From: Candidatus Poribacteria bacterium
GTDB taxonomy: Bacteria > Poribacteria > WGA-4E > WGA-3G
NCBI GenBank assembly: GCA_963665235.2
Contig: CAXXLX010000001.1
Location: 1,152,001 to 1,216,000, forward strand
Length of the DNA: 64,000 bases
Direction of reading: 5' to 3'
Below are positions 42,899 to 53,852 of this stretch, in pieces; position 1 is the stretch's first letter, and every line of letters starts with the position of its first letter. The notes under the pieces are model-generated. The model did no database searches. It saw nothing but the letters and a program-made list of their open reading frames with translations, and was not told where the DNA came from. A program made the translations under genes and the position numbers.

Positions 42899-43073
42899 AA
42901 TTTAGGGTGTGCTCACTATTAGGACTTGCGCATTCCCCCCGCCCGCGGGGGATAAAAAGGGGTGGATTTAGAACGTTCAGAAGCAAAATTAATTACCGAG
43001 TAAACCATTTAGGGCTCACACAGTTTTGATTGCTGCGATAACCCCGCTTCTGTAGGAGCCCCCCGAACTACGG

Positions 43074-43997
43074 CTATGGTGTGGGAACTTCCCACACAAG
43101 CACAGAATGCTCTTCACCCCCGCTTGCAATTGCGCTGCCATCCGGCGAATACGCAATACTTCTCACAGAGCTTATGTGCCCCTTAAGAACGGTTTTCGGG
43201 TCGCCCGTGACAGCATCCACTAAACGCACCGCGCCATCTCTGCTGCCGACAGCGATTGTGCTACCATCCGGTGAATACATCACACTCCAAACGTAAAACT
43301 TATATTTCGCAAGTGTACTTTTGCGGCGTGCTGTAAAGGCATCCCATAACCGCACCGTGCCATCGGAACTGCCCGTAACGATTGTGCTACCATCAGGTGA
43401 AAAGGCAACCGAATTGACAACGTGCGTATGTCCTTTGAGTGATGTTTTGGATTGTCCCGTGGCAGTTTGCCATAGTACCACTAGCTCGTCTGAACTTGCT
43501 GTGGCAATTGTGCTGCCATCAGGTGAAAAGGCAATACTTCTAATAGACCCGGAATGCCCTTTGAGTGTAGCTCTTGGCTCCTCTGTGGCAACGTCCCAGA
43601 GTATTCCAATATTGTCCGCGCCGCCACTCGCCAACGTGCTGCCATCCGGTGAATACGCGAGTGCCCTGACATAGTCTCTATGTTCTGTAAGTGTTGCCTT
43701 TGGATGTCCTGCGGCACTATCCCAAAGCCATATCTCTTCATAACTTCCAGAAGCAATCGTTTCGCCATCTGGAGAATACGCCACACTCCAAACATATTCT
43801 GTATGTCCCGCAAGTAGACTCACTTCCTCACCGCTATGAACATCATAAACCCATGTGCCGATGTCGCCAGCAACGGCAAGTCGAGTGCCATCCGGAGAGA
43901 ACACAACATTGCCCGTTATACTACTTTTGCCAAGCCGAAATTTAGCACCCTCAGGTAAATCCGATTGCGGCGTGTCTTGACTAAGCTCTGTTTTCAT
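43074..43997 (-). CDS. WD40-repeat protein
   Basis: About 6-7 GH...V.SVA(Y/F)SPDG...W(D) repeats. Confidence 0.93.
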   Translation of the reverse strand: MKTELSQDTPQSDLPEGAKFRLGKSSITGNVVFSPDGTRLAVAGDIGTWVYDVHSGEEVSLLAGHTEYVWSVAYSPDGETIASGSYEEIWLWDSAAGHPKATLTEHRDYVRALAYSPDGSTLASGGADNIGILWDVATEEPRATLKGHSGSIRSIAFSPDGSTIATASSDELVVLWQTATGQSKTSLKGHTHVVNSVAFSPDGSTIVTGSSDGTVRLWDAFTARRKSTLAKYKFYVWSVMYSPDGSTIAVGSRDGAVRLVDAVTGDPKTVLKGHISSVRSIAYSPDGSAIASGGEEHSVLVWEVPTP

Positions 43998-44113
43998 TAC
44001 ACATACCCTCTTTTTTAGTCTCTATATTAAAGAAGTATAACACAAAAGTAGGAATTTAAGCAAGGGGGGGGGTAAAGGTAGGGTGTGTAAAGTTTTTGGA
44101 CTATGATAGAGGG

Positions 44114-44171
44114 AAGGATGGAAGATTGGAAGATTGGAAGATTGGAAGATTGGAAGGGGGGAAGGATGGAT
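44114..44171 (+). repeat. 8-bp microsatellite (GGAAGATT/GGAAGGAT)
   Basis: Similar tracts at about 6338-6376, 31858-31882 and 58300-58330. Confidence 0.8.
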
Positions 44172-44705
44172 TTCGCGCGTGTGTTGTCTGAATCGCGGAT
44201 TTATCGGATTTATCGGATTTTAAGATGCGTAACAATAGAAGGTTTGTGATTATGAGCTAGTGTGTTGTGTTTTCTATAAATATACCGCCCCGCTGGTGCT
44301 AGATTGTCTGGCACTTGTGCTTCTATAAATATACCGCCCCGCTGGTGCTAGCTTGTGTTGTGTTGCTGTCTCACGTTTAAGTACAAAAATTTTACACACC
44401 CGTAAAGGTATTTATTAAAAAATTCGCTTGACTTTTTTTCTGTATGTGGTAAACTAATTATGAGGCTTCTAATGAGACTTAACGAACGCGGTTGAAAAGG
44501 GTTTCCCGTGTTCACGGAGGATTCGTTGTCTCCTGACTTAGGTAAAACCCTGAATTCAGGAGGTTTACGAAATGGCACAAGATGTACACACAATGAAACG
44601 GCCTATAGGGAAACGGCCTATAGGGGCTTAGCTGATATTTTAGGCATTGCGCTTTCTTGCAGAAAGACGCAATGCCTGATTGCGCCTACACCTATTACTA
44701 CAGAA

Positions 44706-44857
44706 AACGCGAGTTTGAAAAAAGTTTTGACCTAGAGCGTTCTCTGGTAGTTTTAGCAAAAAACTGCACAAACTAGGAAGTATGTGCTACAATTATGCTG
44801 CTTTTTTCTCGGTGAAAAAGGTTTAGAGCAAACGGATATTTATTATCAAGCTCACGT
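44706..44857 (+). mobile_element. MITE family B, copy 2
   Basis: Near-identical to 18717-18868. Confidence 0.8.
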
Positions 44858-44885
44858 AAATTAAAAACTAACGGTTATTATTTCC

Positions 44886-44914
44886 TTGCATTCCAAAGCG
44901 ACAACGTGTATAAT
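44886..44914 (+). promoter_or_regulatory. Sigma70 promoter upstream of omegaRNA/isrB/leuC
   Basis: TTGCAT-17 bp-TATAAT. Confidence 0.65.
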
Positions 44915-44977
44915 TAAATAAGGTGAACTCACAACACAAAACCTACGCCAAATTTGATTCTTCATAAGGACAGAAAA

Positions 44978-45170
44978 GTAAAGATCACCCTGCTAAAGCA
45001 TGGGTGCTTTGACATAGCGTAACCACACGTTCCCTGTCAAAGATTAAGTTCTTCACTACAGTCATATATCGGTATATCTGTGGTGGTGCACAACGGTGTT
45101 TCGGATGCTCCCCAAGTCCGATGTAAACGCTGATATACCGATCTGGATGGGGAAATACAAACTCTACGGA
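44978..45170 (+). ncRNA. omegaRNA scaffold (guide predicted from the sequence immediately 5' of 44978)
   Basis: About 200-nt non-coding region upstream of a PLMP-RuvC gene, conserved in a second copy, with several hairpins; boundaries approximate. Confidence 0.75.
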
Positions 45171-45182
45171 GAATTACAAACT

Positions 45183-46211
45183 ATGTTTGTTCCTGTCGTT
45201 GACAAAAACCAAAATCCACTGATGCCAACAAAGCCTTCGCGGGCAAGGAAGTGGATACAAGAAAAGAAAGCGACACCCTTTTGGAAGAATGGCGTTTTTT
45301 GTGTGCGCCTTAACGCTGCTCCTTCGGATAGATACTTCCAAGAGATATGTGTAGGCGTAGACCCTGGCAGTAAGAAGGAAGGCTTTACCGTCAAAAGCGA
45401 GGCACATACCTACCTGAATGTGCAAGCAGACGCTCACAACAAGGTTGGAAAGAAAATCGAAAAGCGGCGGACGCTGCGGAGAGGCAGACGCACACGGAAA
45501 TGTCCGAATCGGAAAAAGAAGCATCACAACCTGTCGAACCGGAAGCGTATCCCCGCAGGCACACGTGCAAGATGGGATTGGAAACTTCGCATATTAGATT
45601 GGTTGTCTAACCTCTATCCTGTTACACACGTCTGTGTTGAGGACATTAAGGCGCAAACAAAACAGTATCAAAAGCAGTGGAATCAGGCTTTTAGTCCTTT
45701 GGAAGTCGGCAAGCACTGGTTCTATTCAGAGGTAGAAAAGCGATGGAAACTCCTGACATTACAAGGGTTTGAAACCAAAGAGATACGCGAGCGTCTGGGT
45801 CTCAACAAGTCGTCAAAGAAGTTAGCTGAAACCTTTGAGGCACATTGCGTTGATAGCTGGTGCTTGGCCTATCACACCGTTGGCGGTTTAGAGATACCCG
45901 ACAATACCGATATATTCTGTATCTCACCGATACCGATACGCAGGCGAGAACTCCACAGACAAAATCCGCAGAAAGGTGGCAATCGTCCGCGATATGGTGG
46001 CACCTTATTAGGCGATGGACTCGTTAAAAACACATTGATAAAGCACGACAAATATGGACTAACACGCCTTGCCGGTGTTAATGCTAAAGGACTATTCTCT
46101 GTCTATTCAAAAGATGGACACCGATTAACAACGGGTGCGAAACGCACAGATTTTCAAGTCCTAACACGCTTGAACTTTCAATATAGGAGCGGTGTTTCCT
46201 CCCCGTGCTAA
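45183..46211 (+). CDS. isrB: IsrB RNA-guided nickase (PLMP/RRXRR family, split RuvC, no HNH), 342 aa
   Basis: NPLMPT; RuvC-I VGVDPG; Arg-rich bridge helix RRTLRRGRR; RuvC-II VEDI; RuvC-III HCVDS; no CxxC/HNH insertion. Confidence 0.85.
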   Translation: MFVPVVDKNQNPLMPTKPSRARKWIQEKKATPFWKNGVFCVRLNAAPSDRYFQEICVGVDPGSKKEGFTVKSEAHTYLNVQADAHNKVGKKIEKRRTLRRGRRTRKCPNRKKKHHNLSNRKRIPAGTRARWDWKLRILDWLSNLYPVTHVCVEDIKAQTKQYQKQWNQAFSPLEVGKHWFYSEVEKRWKLLTLQGFETKEIRERLGLNKSSKKLAETFEAHCVDSWCLAYHTVGGLEIPDNTDIFCISPIPIRRRELHRQNPQKGGNRPRYGGTLLGDGLVKNTLIKHDKYGLTRLAGVNAKGLFSVYSKDGHRLTTGAKRTDFQVLTRLNFQYRSGVSSPC

Positions 46212-46239
46212 AGCAACGGGGTCTCCACACCGAAGATTG

Positions 46240-47640
46240 ATGAAAAAAAACATGTACGAAAAAATATGGGACGCGCATATAGTGCGAGCATCCGCTACTG
46301 AAGTGCCAATCCTCTACATAGATACACACCTCGTTCACGAAGTGACATCCCCGCAAGCATTTGAAGGGTTGCGCCTCAACAACCGAAAAGTACGCCGACC
46401 CGACCTGACGTTCGCCACGATGGACCACAACGTCCCCACAACAGACAGAACGCTACCCATCACCGACCTAATTGCAGCGAAGCAGATGGAAACCCTCGCG
46501 CAAAACTGTGCCGAATTTGACATTCCGCTCTACGACATCAACAGTCCCGAACAGGGGATTGTTCACGTCATCGGGCCCGAATTGGGCATCACACAACCCG
46601 GAAAAACGATTGTGTGCGGTGATAGTCACACCTCAACCCACGGTGCGTTAGGCGCGCTTGCCTTCGGCATCGGCACAAGTGAAATTGAGCATGTCCTCGC
46701 CACACAATGTCTCTTGCAACATAAGTCAGAAACCTTTGATATCCAAATTGATGGAACACTCCCTTACGGCGTTACCGCAAAGGACATCATCCTCTCGATT
46801 ATCGGACATATCGGTATTGACGGCGGCAACGGTGCCGTGGTGGAATATACAGGTTCGGCTATCCGCGCCCTCAGCATTGAGGAACGGATGACCGTTTGTA
46901 ATATGTCAATTGAGGCAGGCGCGCGTGCTGGCATGATTGCCCCCGACGATACGACCTACGAATATCTCGCTGGTAGACGTTTCGCTCCGAAAGGCGAAGC
47001 GTTCGATACAGCCGTCGAACGTTGGAAACTGCTCCCGACCGATGAAGGCGCAAGCTATGACCGCACCCTGCAACTCAACGCAGCAGACATTGCACCGCAG
47101 GTGACATGGGGAACAAACCCCGGCATGGTAACCGATGTGACAGGACACGTGCCGAATCCAGCTGACATGACATCCCCCGATGAGAAGCGCGCCGCTGAAC
47201 ATGCTTTAGCTTACATGGACCTTCAGCCCGGCACCCCGATGACAGATATTCCTGTGGATAGGGTTTTCATCGGCAGTTGTACCAACTCCCGCATCAGCGA
47301 TTTACGAGCTGCTGCAGAAATCGCCAAGGGGCGGAAGGTGGTAGACACCGTCAGTGCAATGGTCGTCCCCGGTTCGCAGGCAGTCAAACGTCAAGCGGAG
47401 GCGGAGGGGCTCGATGAGATTTTCCGTGCTGCAGGATTTGAATGGCGCGAAGCCGGGTGTAGCATGTGCCTCGGCATGAATCCCGATATCCTGATGCCGG
47501 GTCAACGCTGCGCCAGTACATCCAACAGGAATTTTGAAGGTAGACAGGGTAAAGGCGGACGCACACACCTCGTCAGCCCACAGATGGCGGCTGCAACTGC
47601 GGTTACAGGCCGCTTTGTAGACATCCGAACGTTTGGATAG
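46240..47640 (+). CDS. leuC: 3-isopropylmalate dehydratase large subunit
   Basis: [42 protein letters not shown]. Confidence 0.98.
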   Translation: MKKNMYEKIWDAHIVRASATEVPILYIDTHLVHEVTSPQAFEGLRLNNRKVRRPDLTFATMDHNVPTTDRTLPITDLIAAKQMETLAQNCAEFDIPLYDINSPEQGIVHVIGPELGITQPGKTIVCGDSHTSTHGALGALAFGIGTSEIEHVLATQCLLQHKSETFDIQIDGTLPYGVTAKDIILSIIGHIGIDGGNGAVVEYTGSAIRALSIEERMTVCNMSIEAGARAGMIAPDDTTYEYLAGRRFAPKGEAFDTAVERWKLLPTDEGASYDRTLQLNAADIAPQVTWGTNPGMVTDVTGHVPNPADMTSPDEKRAAEHALAYMDLQPGTPMTDIPVDRVFIGSCTNSRISDLRAAAEIAKGRKVVDTVSAMVVPGSQAVKRQAEAEGLDEIFRAAGFEWREAGCSMCLGMNPDILMPGQRCASTSNRNFEGRQGKGGRTHLVSPQMAAATAVTGRFVDIRTFG

Positions 47641-47718
47641 GTCAAATAGGAGCTTGCAGGAGAGGGCAAAGAGTATACCAACAACGTCCTTGTTATCAAG
47701 GAAAATACGGAGGCAATA

Positions 47719-47925
47719 ATGGAATCTATCATCATTGAAAAAGTCAAAGAGCTTCCGCCAGAGCTCCAGGAAGAGGTCATTAATTTCATTGATTTCCTGC
47801 GAACGAAAAAAGGTTCAAAACGGGGAAAAAAACCAAACTTGGAATGGATTGGCGGATTAGAAACGTATCGTGACCAATGGACAGCTCTCGAACTTCAGCA
47901 GAAAGCGTCAGATTGGAGGGATTAG
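47719..47925 (+). CDS. DUF2281-type antitoxin
   Basis: LPPELQEEVINFIDFL motif; coupled to a PIN gene. Confidence 0.75.
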   Translation: MESIIIEKVKELPPELQEEVINFIDFLRTKKGSKRGKKPNLEWIGGLETYRDQWTALELQQKASDWRD

Positions 47926-48317
47926 TGTACCTTGCAGATACCAATATTTTTCTTGAAGCCCTGTTGGGACAAGAGAAAAAGGACGATGTCCAATCATTCT
48001 TACAGAATATTGACTTGAGCGAAATCTTCATAACAGATTTGTCGCTTCATTCCATAGGCATTATTCTGTATCGGTTGAAGAATTCTGCTCTCTTTAGGAC
48101 GTTCTTAGAGGATATAATTGTTGATGGAGTTGGCATCCTTTCCTTGCCACCGGAAGATCTTAAAACGCTTGCCCTGACAGCCGATAAATTTAACCTTGAC
48201 TTTGACGATGCATATCAATACGCTGTCGCCGCGAAATATGAAATGCAACTCATCAGTTTCGATACGGATTTTGATCGAACCGAAAGGAAACGAAAGGAAC
48301 CTATTGAGGTGTTATGA
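47925..48317 (+). CDS. PIN-domain (VapC-like) toxin
   Basis: YLADTNIFLE, LDFDDAYQY, ISFDTDFD; GTG start overlaps the antitoxin stop. Confidence 0.88.
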   Translation: MYLADTNIFLEALLGQEKKDDVQSFLQNIDLSEIFITDLSLHSIGIILYRLKNSALFRTFLEDIIVDGVGILSLPPEDLKTLALTADKFNLDFDDAYQYAVAAKYEMQLISFDTDFDRTERKRKEPIEVL

Positions 48318-48706
48318 TGAAAACTTGGCACGAAATATTAATCGCCGATCTTGCCGTCAACCGAGCTGAAGCAATTGACTATTTTGATATGTCACTGCAA
48401 GAATACCAAACTGATGGCGACACCCTCTTCCTTCTGAAAGGACTTCGCAATATTATAGAGGCACTAGGCGGAGTTTCCGAAATTGAAAAGCAAACCGGTA
48501 AGGAGACGGAAGGCCTTCTTAAGGTGCTGTCCAGCAACGACGCGCCAAGTCTTGATACGCTCAACACCCTGGCTAAGGCCCTGGGATGTCGGTTGTCTAT
48601 TGAACCGTTACCGGCTGCACATCCAGACCATGAAGTTAAGGACGAGAATCAGCTAATTGCACAGCGAACGACCGCGCATCCTAGTTTCGAAGTCGCTACC
48701 GACTAA
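48314..48706 (+). CDS. HTH addiction-module antidote-like protein
   Basis: ALGGVSEI...LS...PSLDTL..LAKALGCRL. Confidence 0.7.
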   Translation: MMKTWHEILIADLAVNRAEAIDYFDMSLQEYQTDGDTLFLLKGLRNIIEALGGVSEIEKQTGKETEGLLKVLSSNDAPSLDTLNTLAKALGCRLSIEPLPAAHPDHEVKDENQLIAQRTTAHPSFEVATD

Positions 48707-48768
48707 GCTACGTGAGAGCAAAAAACTGACTGTGAATACGGCTATACGTTCACTAAGGAGAAAGAAAA

Positions 48769-49350
48769 ATGGAAGCATTCAAAGAACACGTCGGACTTGT
48801 CGTCCCACTGGATCGAATTAATGTTGACACAGACCAAATCATCCCGAAGCAATTCCTAAAACGGATCGAACGTACCGGCTTCGGCGAATTTCTATTTTAT
48901 GATTGGCGTTACCTTGAAAATGGCGACCCCAACCCGGAGTTTGTGCTAAACCACCCGCGTTACGCAGACGCGAGTATCTTAATTGCAGGCGTAAACTTCG
49001 GCTGTGGAAGCTCCCGCGAGCACGCGCCGTGGGCGTTACAGCAGTATGGTTTCAAAGCAATCCTCGCCCCCTCCTTCGCCGACATATTTCGTAACAATTG
49101 TTATAAGAACGGTATCCTGCCTATTGTTTTACCTGCGGACGTTATCACCGCGCTCAGCCATGCAGCGCGAGACATCGAAGGGTATCGGTTGATGGTAGAC
49201 CTGGAGGAACAATCGGTAACCTGTCCTGATGGCACCACGCACACCTTTGACATCGGCGATTTTGAGAAGTACTGCCTCCTAAACGGCCTCGATGAAATCG
49301 GGTGGACTTTGCAGTATGAAGCGGACATCGCCGCGTATGAAAACCGGTAG
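48769..49350 (+). CDS. leuD: 3-isopropylmalate dehydratase small subunit
   Basis: [33 protein letters not shown]. Confidence 0.98.
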   Translation: MEAFKEHVGLVVPLDRINVDTDQIIPKQFLKRIERTGFGEFLFYDWRYLENGDPNPEFVLNHPRYADASILIAGVNFGCGSSREHAPWALQQYGFKAILAPSFADIFRNNCYKNGILPIVLPADVITALSHAARDIEGYRLMVDLEEQSVTCPDGTTHTFDIGDFEKYCLLNGLDEIGWTLQYEADIAAYENR

Positions 49351-49400
49351 TTTTGTTTTCGGGTCGAGGGGTGTGGTAAAATTACGATGGAGGTGAAAAA

Positions 49401-50582
49401 ATGGAATACCGTTCAAATATCTTATCAGACAAAATCACACTTAATTTTGATCGTGATGCCCAAGTGTCTGTCAAAGCCTTCATCGCACCGATTGAGCATA
49501 CGGTCTCCAATTTCCACGTCGACTGGGACGCATTGGCAAATCTACGCGTCACTGAACCAGAGAAGCGGTATCCCACATCAATTTTTCAGTCTTTTCTTCC
49601 ACCGGAACCGGTTTCAGTAGGCGAATGCTGGCAGATTGAAGAAGTGGGTGTTACGGAGTTGCTTCGGCAGCTGCATCCAAATCCGAAATTAATAGAAACA
49701 CACATTGATACCAATGATTCACGCGGGTTGTGGGGATGTCTCCGCGCATACAACGATAAATTTGCTGACATCACCTTTCGGATTCACGCAGCATTCGACT
49801 TTGAAGATGGGACGCTAACACCTTCACAGTTTAAAGGAAATCTGATAATTGACAGGCGTGAAAATAAAGTAACCTTCTTCAAAATGTACGTCCCTGAAGG
49901 CACAGTTAACCTCGATATCACTTGGAAAAAGGACAAAGAGCAGCTTTATAGAAGCACAGATGCAGGTCTATGTTCCCAAATGGAACTCCGTTCAGGAACA
50001 GAAGACGAAATGCAGAATGCTGACTTCACGGAAGCGATAACACAGAAAGAAGCGGAACGGGCACTGATACTTCGTTTCTACGAAATAGCGCAGATAAATT
50101 GGGTGCCCCCGGAGAAAGCAGTGGAATTGGCCGAGGAGCAGGTGAAGTTCATTCATGTTATCTCTATAGACGGACCATTACACGATGAATCTTGCTGAGG
50201 GAGTGGAAAAGGCTTGAGGGCAGTTGTCCTCTACTGGGATAGAATTATCGAATTTCTGAACGAAAACTTTATTAACACATGGGTTTCCAACGTTGAGTTA
50301 GAACGGACCCCTCGAAAGCAAACCTACATGGCGAAAAGACCTAAACGTAAATCCAAAACGTTTAATAGAACACATCCCTTAGCACAAGCCGTTATGAAAG
50401 GCTGGAAAAAAGATTCACCCGTAGATTGTTTAGTTATTTCCCCTGAATTTGATGTGATGGGAAAACTTCCACTTAATGATTTCTTTGATGACTGTTCGCA
50501 AAAGGATATTCCACAAGAGGATGCCTACCTTACCTTTCTCACGGAATCCTTAGAGGGTAAATTTCCGGGATTTGCCGAATGA
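49401..50582 (+). CDS. Selenoprotein N-like protein, copy 1 (393 aa; Sec at TGA 50196-98)
   Basis: DESC-TGA-GSGKGLR in frame with the 50214 ORF; hairpin at 50216-50231. Confidence 0.88.
50216..50231 (+). promoter_or_regulatory. Bacterial SECIS-like hairpin (also 51475-51490, 53442-53457, 54635-54650, 56582-56597)
   Basis: GAG(G/A)(G/A)C-AG(G/U)U-G(U/C)(C/U)CUC at a fixed +18 from UGA, with compensatory changes. Confidence 0.8.
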
Positions 50583-50677
50583 CTGGCAAAAGTGCATCCG
50601 AAAACGTGTATAAGCGAATCATTGCTTCTTCTGATAGCAATGGTATCCTATACCAAAAAGGAAGTTCATAACGAAAA

Positions 50678-52673
50678 ATGCAAACTTTCGAGAATAAAAT
50701 TGCACTTAATCTTGACCGTGATGCACAAGTGTCTGTCACAGGCTTCATCGCACCGATTGAATATACCCAACGCAACTACCACGTGGATTGAGACGAATTG
50801 GCAAATTTGCAAGCTGCTGAACCAGAGAAGCAATATCCTACCTCCATTTTTCAAGCATTTCTGCCATCGGAACCGGTTTCAGTGGGTGAATACTGGCAAA
50901 TTGAAGAAGAAAGCGCGCTAACGCTGTTGCGACAACTCAATCCACGTCCACAACTATATTTGGAAATTGGTGGCGAGGATTCTTACGGTTTGTGGGCGTG
51001 CCTACGTGCCTACAATGATGCGTTTGCTGAAATTCTGTTCCGTATCCATGCAGAATTCGTTTTAGAAAAAGGTTGGTTTTCGCCATCGCAGTTTGCCGGA
51101 TCTATGATTATCGACCGGGTCGAAAAGAAAGTTGTCGACTTCAAGATGTACGTTCCGGATGCCACACTAAACTTCGATGTACGTTGGAGACTATTTGGAG
51201 ACGAACGCAGCGGAGCGGACATCGGCTTTTGCCCACAAATGGAACTCTGTGCTGGCGTACAAGACGTTTTGCAAGATGCTAAATTCACAGAAGCAATCAC
51301 CTACGAGGAAGCATTGCACGCACTGATGTTACGTTTTTACAAGTCGGCGCAAATTAACTGGGTATCGCTGGAAGAAGCGTTGGAATTGGCACCTGTATTA
51401 CAGAAACCGATCCACGCGATTTCATCAGGTGGACCGCTTGCGGACGAGTCGTGCTGAGGGAGTGGTAAAACCCTGAGAGCAGGTGCTCTCTCTGATGAGC
51501 AGAACATTGAATTCCTGAACGAAAATTTGATCAACACCTGGGTGGCAGGTGCTGAATTAGGGGGTGACCCCAGTTTGCGGGAACCGATTGCTAAGCGACG
51601 CGAACGCGAGGGAAAAACGTTTGACACAAGTCATCCATTAGCACAAGCAATTATAAAGGGGTGGAAAACCGGCTCCAAAAAGGGTTCACCTGTGGATTGT
51701 TTCGTCATCTCACCTAATTTTGAACTGATGGGCAGACAACTCGTCAACGAGCTCGGCGAAGACAGGGAACGTAGTGGCTGGAGGTATGATTACGAATATT
51801 ATCTTGCATTTCTCAAGGAAGCTTTGGCTGGAAAACAACCGGGTTTAGGAAACTTTGTCCTCACGGCTGAACATCCTTCGCAAGAGGTAGTGGATATTTT
51901 TCGGACACCAACGATTGGCAACTATCAGAATTATACTGTGGTCGTGATTGATGCCACAGCCTTTGAAAACGGCGGCACGTTAACCATTGACATTAAAATC
52001 GGCAGGGAAGAGGGTGAAGCAGCGTTCTATCTGTTCGATGGAGATACTGAACTCTCCACAGAACAAGAAAAACCGGAAGACAGGCTCACTTGGACATGGG
52101 GGGAACCCGGGGACACGCGTCAAATCACACATATTTTCGACCGAGGTCAATTTTTTAAGTTAGGTGTTACCGGACACTGGGCGAGAGACGAACCGTGTGT
52201 CAACGCTTTTCACGCAACAGTTTCCGTACAGGAAAATTCAAATGAAGGTACGCCTTCAACTCGGTTGCATGTTGCCCTAGACAGTGCACAATCGTCTTCA
52301 GAAATATTGGATATTTTTCGGGCACCGGGAAACGGTTATCAAGATTATACCGTTGTTAATATCGATACCACGGCGTTTAAAGACGGTGGCACGCTTGCTA
52401 TCTATGTTCATCTATGTTCAGGTCGGCAGTGCAGACGCAGCAGGGTCATTTGACCTCTTTGATAGCGACGCGGAGCTCCCGACAGAAGGTATCCCCGAAG
52501 CACTCGTTTCGGCCTGGGGCATTAAACCCAATACAGCGACAACAATCCGCCATCGTTTCGAGCAAGGTGAAGTTTTTAAACTCGGGGCCACCGGCGACTG
52601 GTTCAGTAAAAAAGGGGACATGAACGCTTTCTACCTAAAGATTTCTGTGGAGGAAAACGTAAGTGAACCCTAA
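50678..52673 (+). pseudogene. Selenoprotein N-like copy 2 (Sec TGA 51455-57; two C-terminal domains), damaged
   Basis: Extra TGA at 50789-91 replaces a conserved Trp; 10-bp duplication TCTATGTTCA at 52401-52420 shifts the frame. Confidence 0.8.
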
Positions 52674-53817
52674 AATCACGCTCAACCTTGACAGCAATGC
52701 AGAGGTGTCCATCAAAGGCTTCATTGCGCCGATTGAATACACACAATACAACTTCCACGTAGAGTGGGACGAATTGGCGAACTTTCGGGTCGCTGAACCG
52801 ATAAAGCAGTATCCTACATCCGTTTTTCAAGCGTTCCTCCCATCAGAGTCGGTTTCAGTCGGAGAATGCTGGCAGGTAGAAGAAGAAGGTGCGCTAACAC
52901 TCCTACAGCAGCTACATCGTCATCCACAATTTGAGCTGGATGTAGATTCAGGAGATTCCTACGGTTTGTGGGCATGTCTACGCGCCTACAATAATGAATT
53001 CGCTGAGATCCTGTTTCGTATCCACGCGGAATTTGTTTTAGAAAAAGGTTGGTTTGCCCCCTCACAGTTTGCCGGATATATGGTTATCGACCGGGGAGAA
53101 AAGAGAGTCGTCTCCTTTAAGATGTACGTTCCGGATGCCACACTAAACTTTGACACACGTTGGAATCGTGAAAACGGGAATACTTATGCGGATATCGGTT
53201 ACTGTCCTAAAATGGAACTCTGTACTGATACCCAACCTTACGATGTCAAATTTATCGCGTCAATCGAACAAGAACAAGCTGAACATGCACTTACATTGCG
53301 TTTTTACAAGGCACAGCAAATTAACTGGGTATCGCTTGAAGAAGCATTGAAAATTGCCCCTCTACAACAGAAACCCATTCATGCTATTTCAATAAACGGC
53401 CCCCTTGCAGACGAATCATGCTGAGGAAGTGGAAAGACCTTGAGGGCAGGTGTCCTCTCTGACGAGCAAAACATTGAATTCTTAAACAAAAATTTTATCA
53501 ACACCTGGGTAGAAAATGCTGAATTAGGACGTATTCCTAGTTTACGAGAACCGATTGCCAAAAGACGCGAACGTGAATCCAAGACGTTCGACACAACACA
53601 TCCCTTAGCCCAAGCCATCATGCAAGGGTGGAATCAAGGTTCACCAGTAGATTGTCTGGTTATCTCTCCTGAATTTGAAGTGCTGGGCACACAACAGGTG
53701 AATGAACTTGATAACGACGCGAAACGTAAGGGATTATTCTCGGATGAAACATATTATCTTGCATTTCTCAAGGAAGCTCTTAAGGGAAAATTCCCAGGAC
53801 TTAGTCAGAATACTTGA
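52663..53817 (+). CDS. Selenoprotein N-like copy 3 (384 aa; Sec at TGA 53422-24)
   Basis: DESC-TGA-GSGKTLR; hairpin at 53442-53457. Confidence 0.88.
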
Positions 53818-53852
53818 GACTCTTCATCATTTGAAAATAGAGGAAAATTAAA

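Larger units (their letters stand above)
44978..46239 (+). mobile_element. IS200/IS605 OMEGA element (omegaRNA plus isrB, no tnpA)
   Basis: Both ends shared with 2421-2878; subterminal CTAAAG-loop hairpins. Confidence 0.88.

Noticed and set aside
45183-46211. IscB, Cas9 or TnpB
   Set aside because: No HNH or zinc-finger insertion between RuvC-II and RuvC-III; the N-terminal PLMP motif and 342-aa length fit IsrB
50789-50791. Genome-wide UGA reassignment to Trp or Gly, or a second Sec
   Set aside because: guaA and other genes end normally at TGA, Trp is TGG elsewhere, and no SECIS-like hairpin follows this codon
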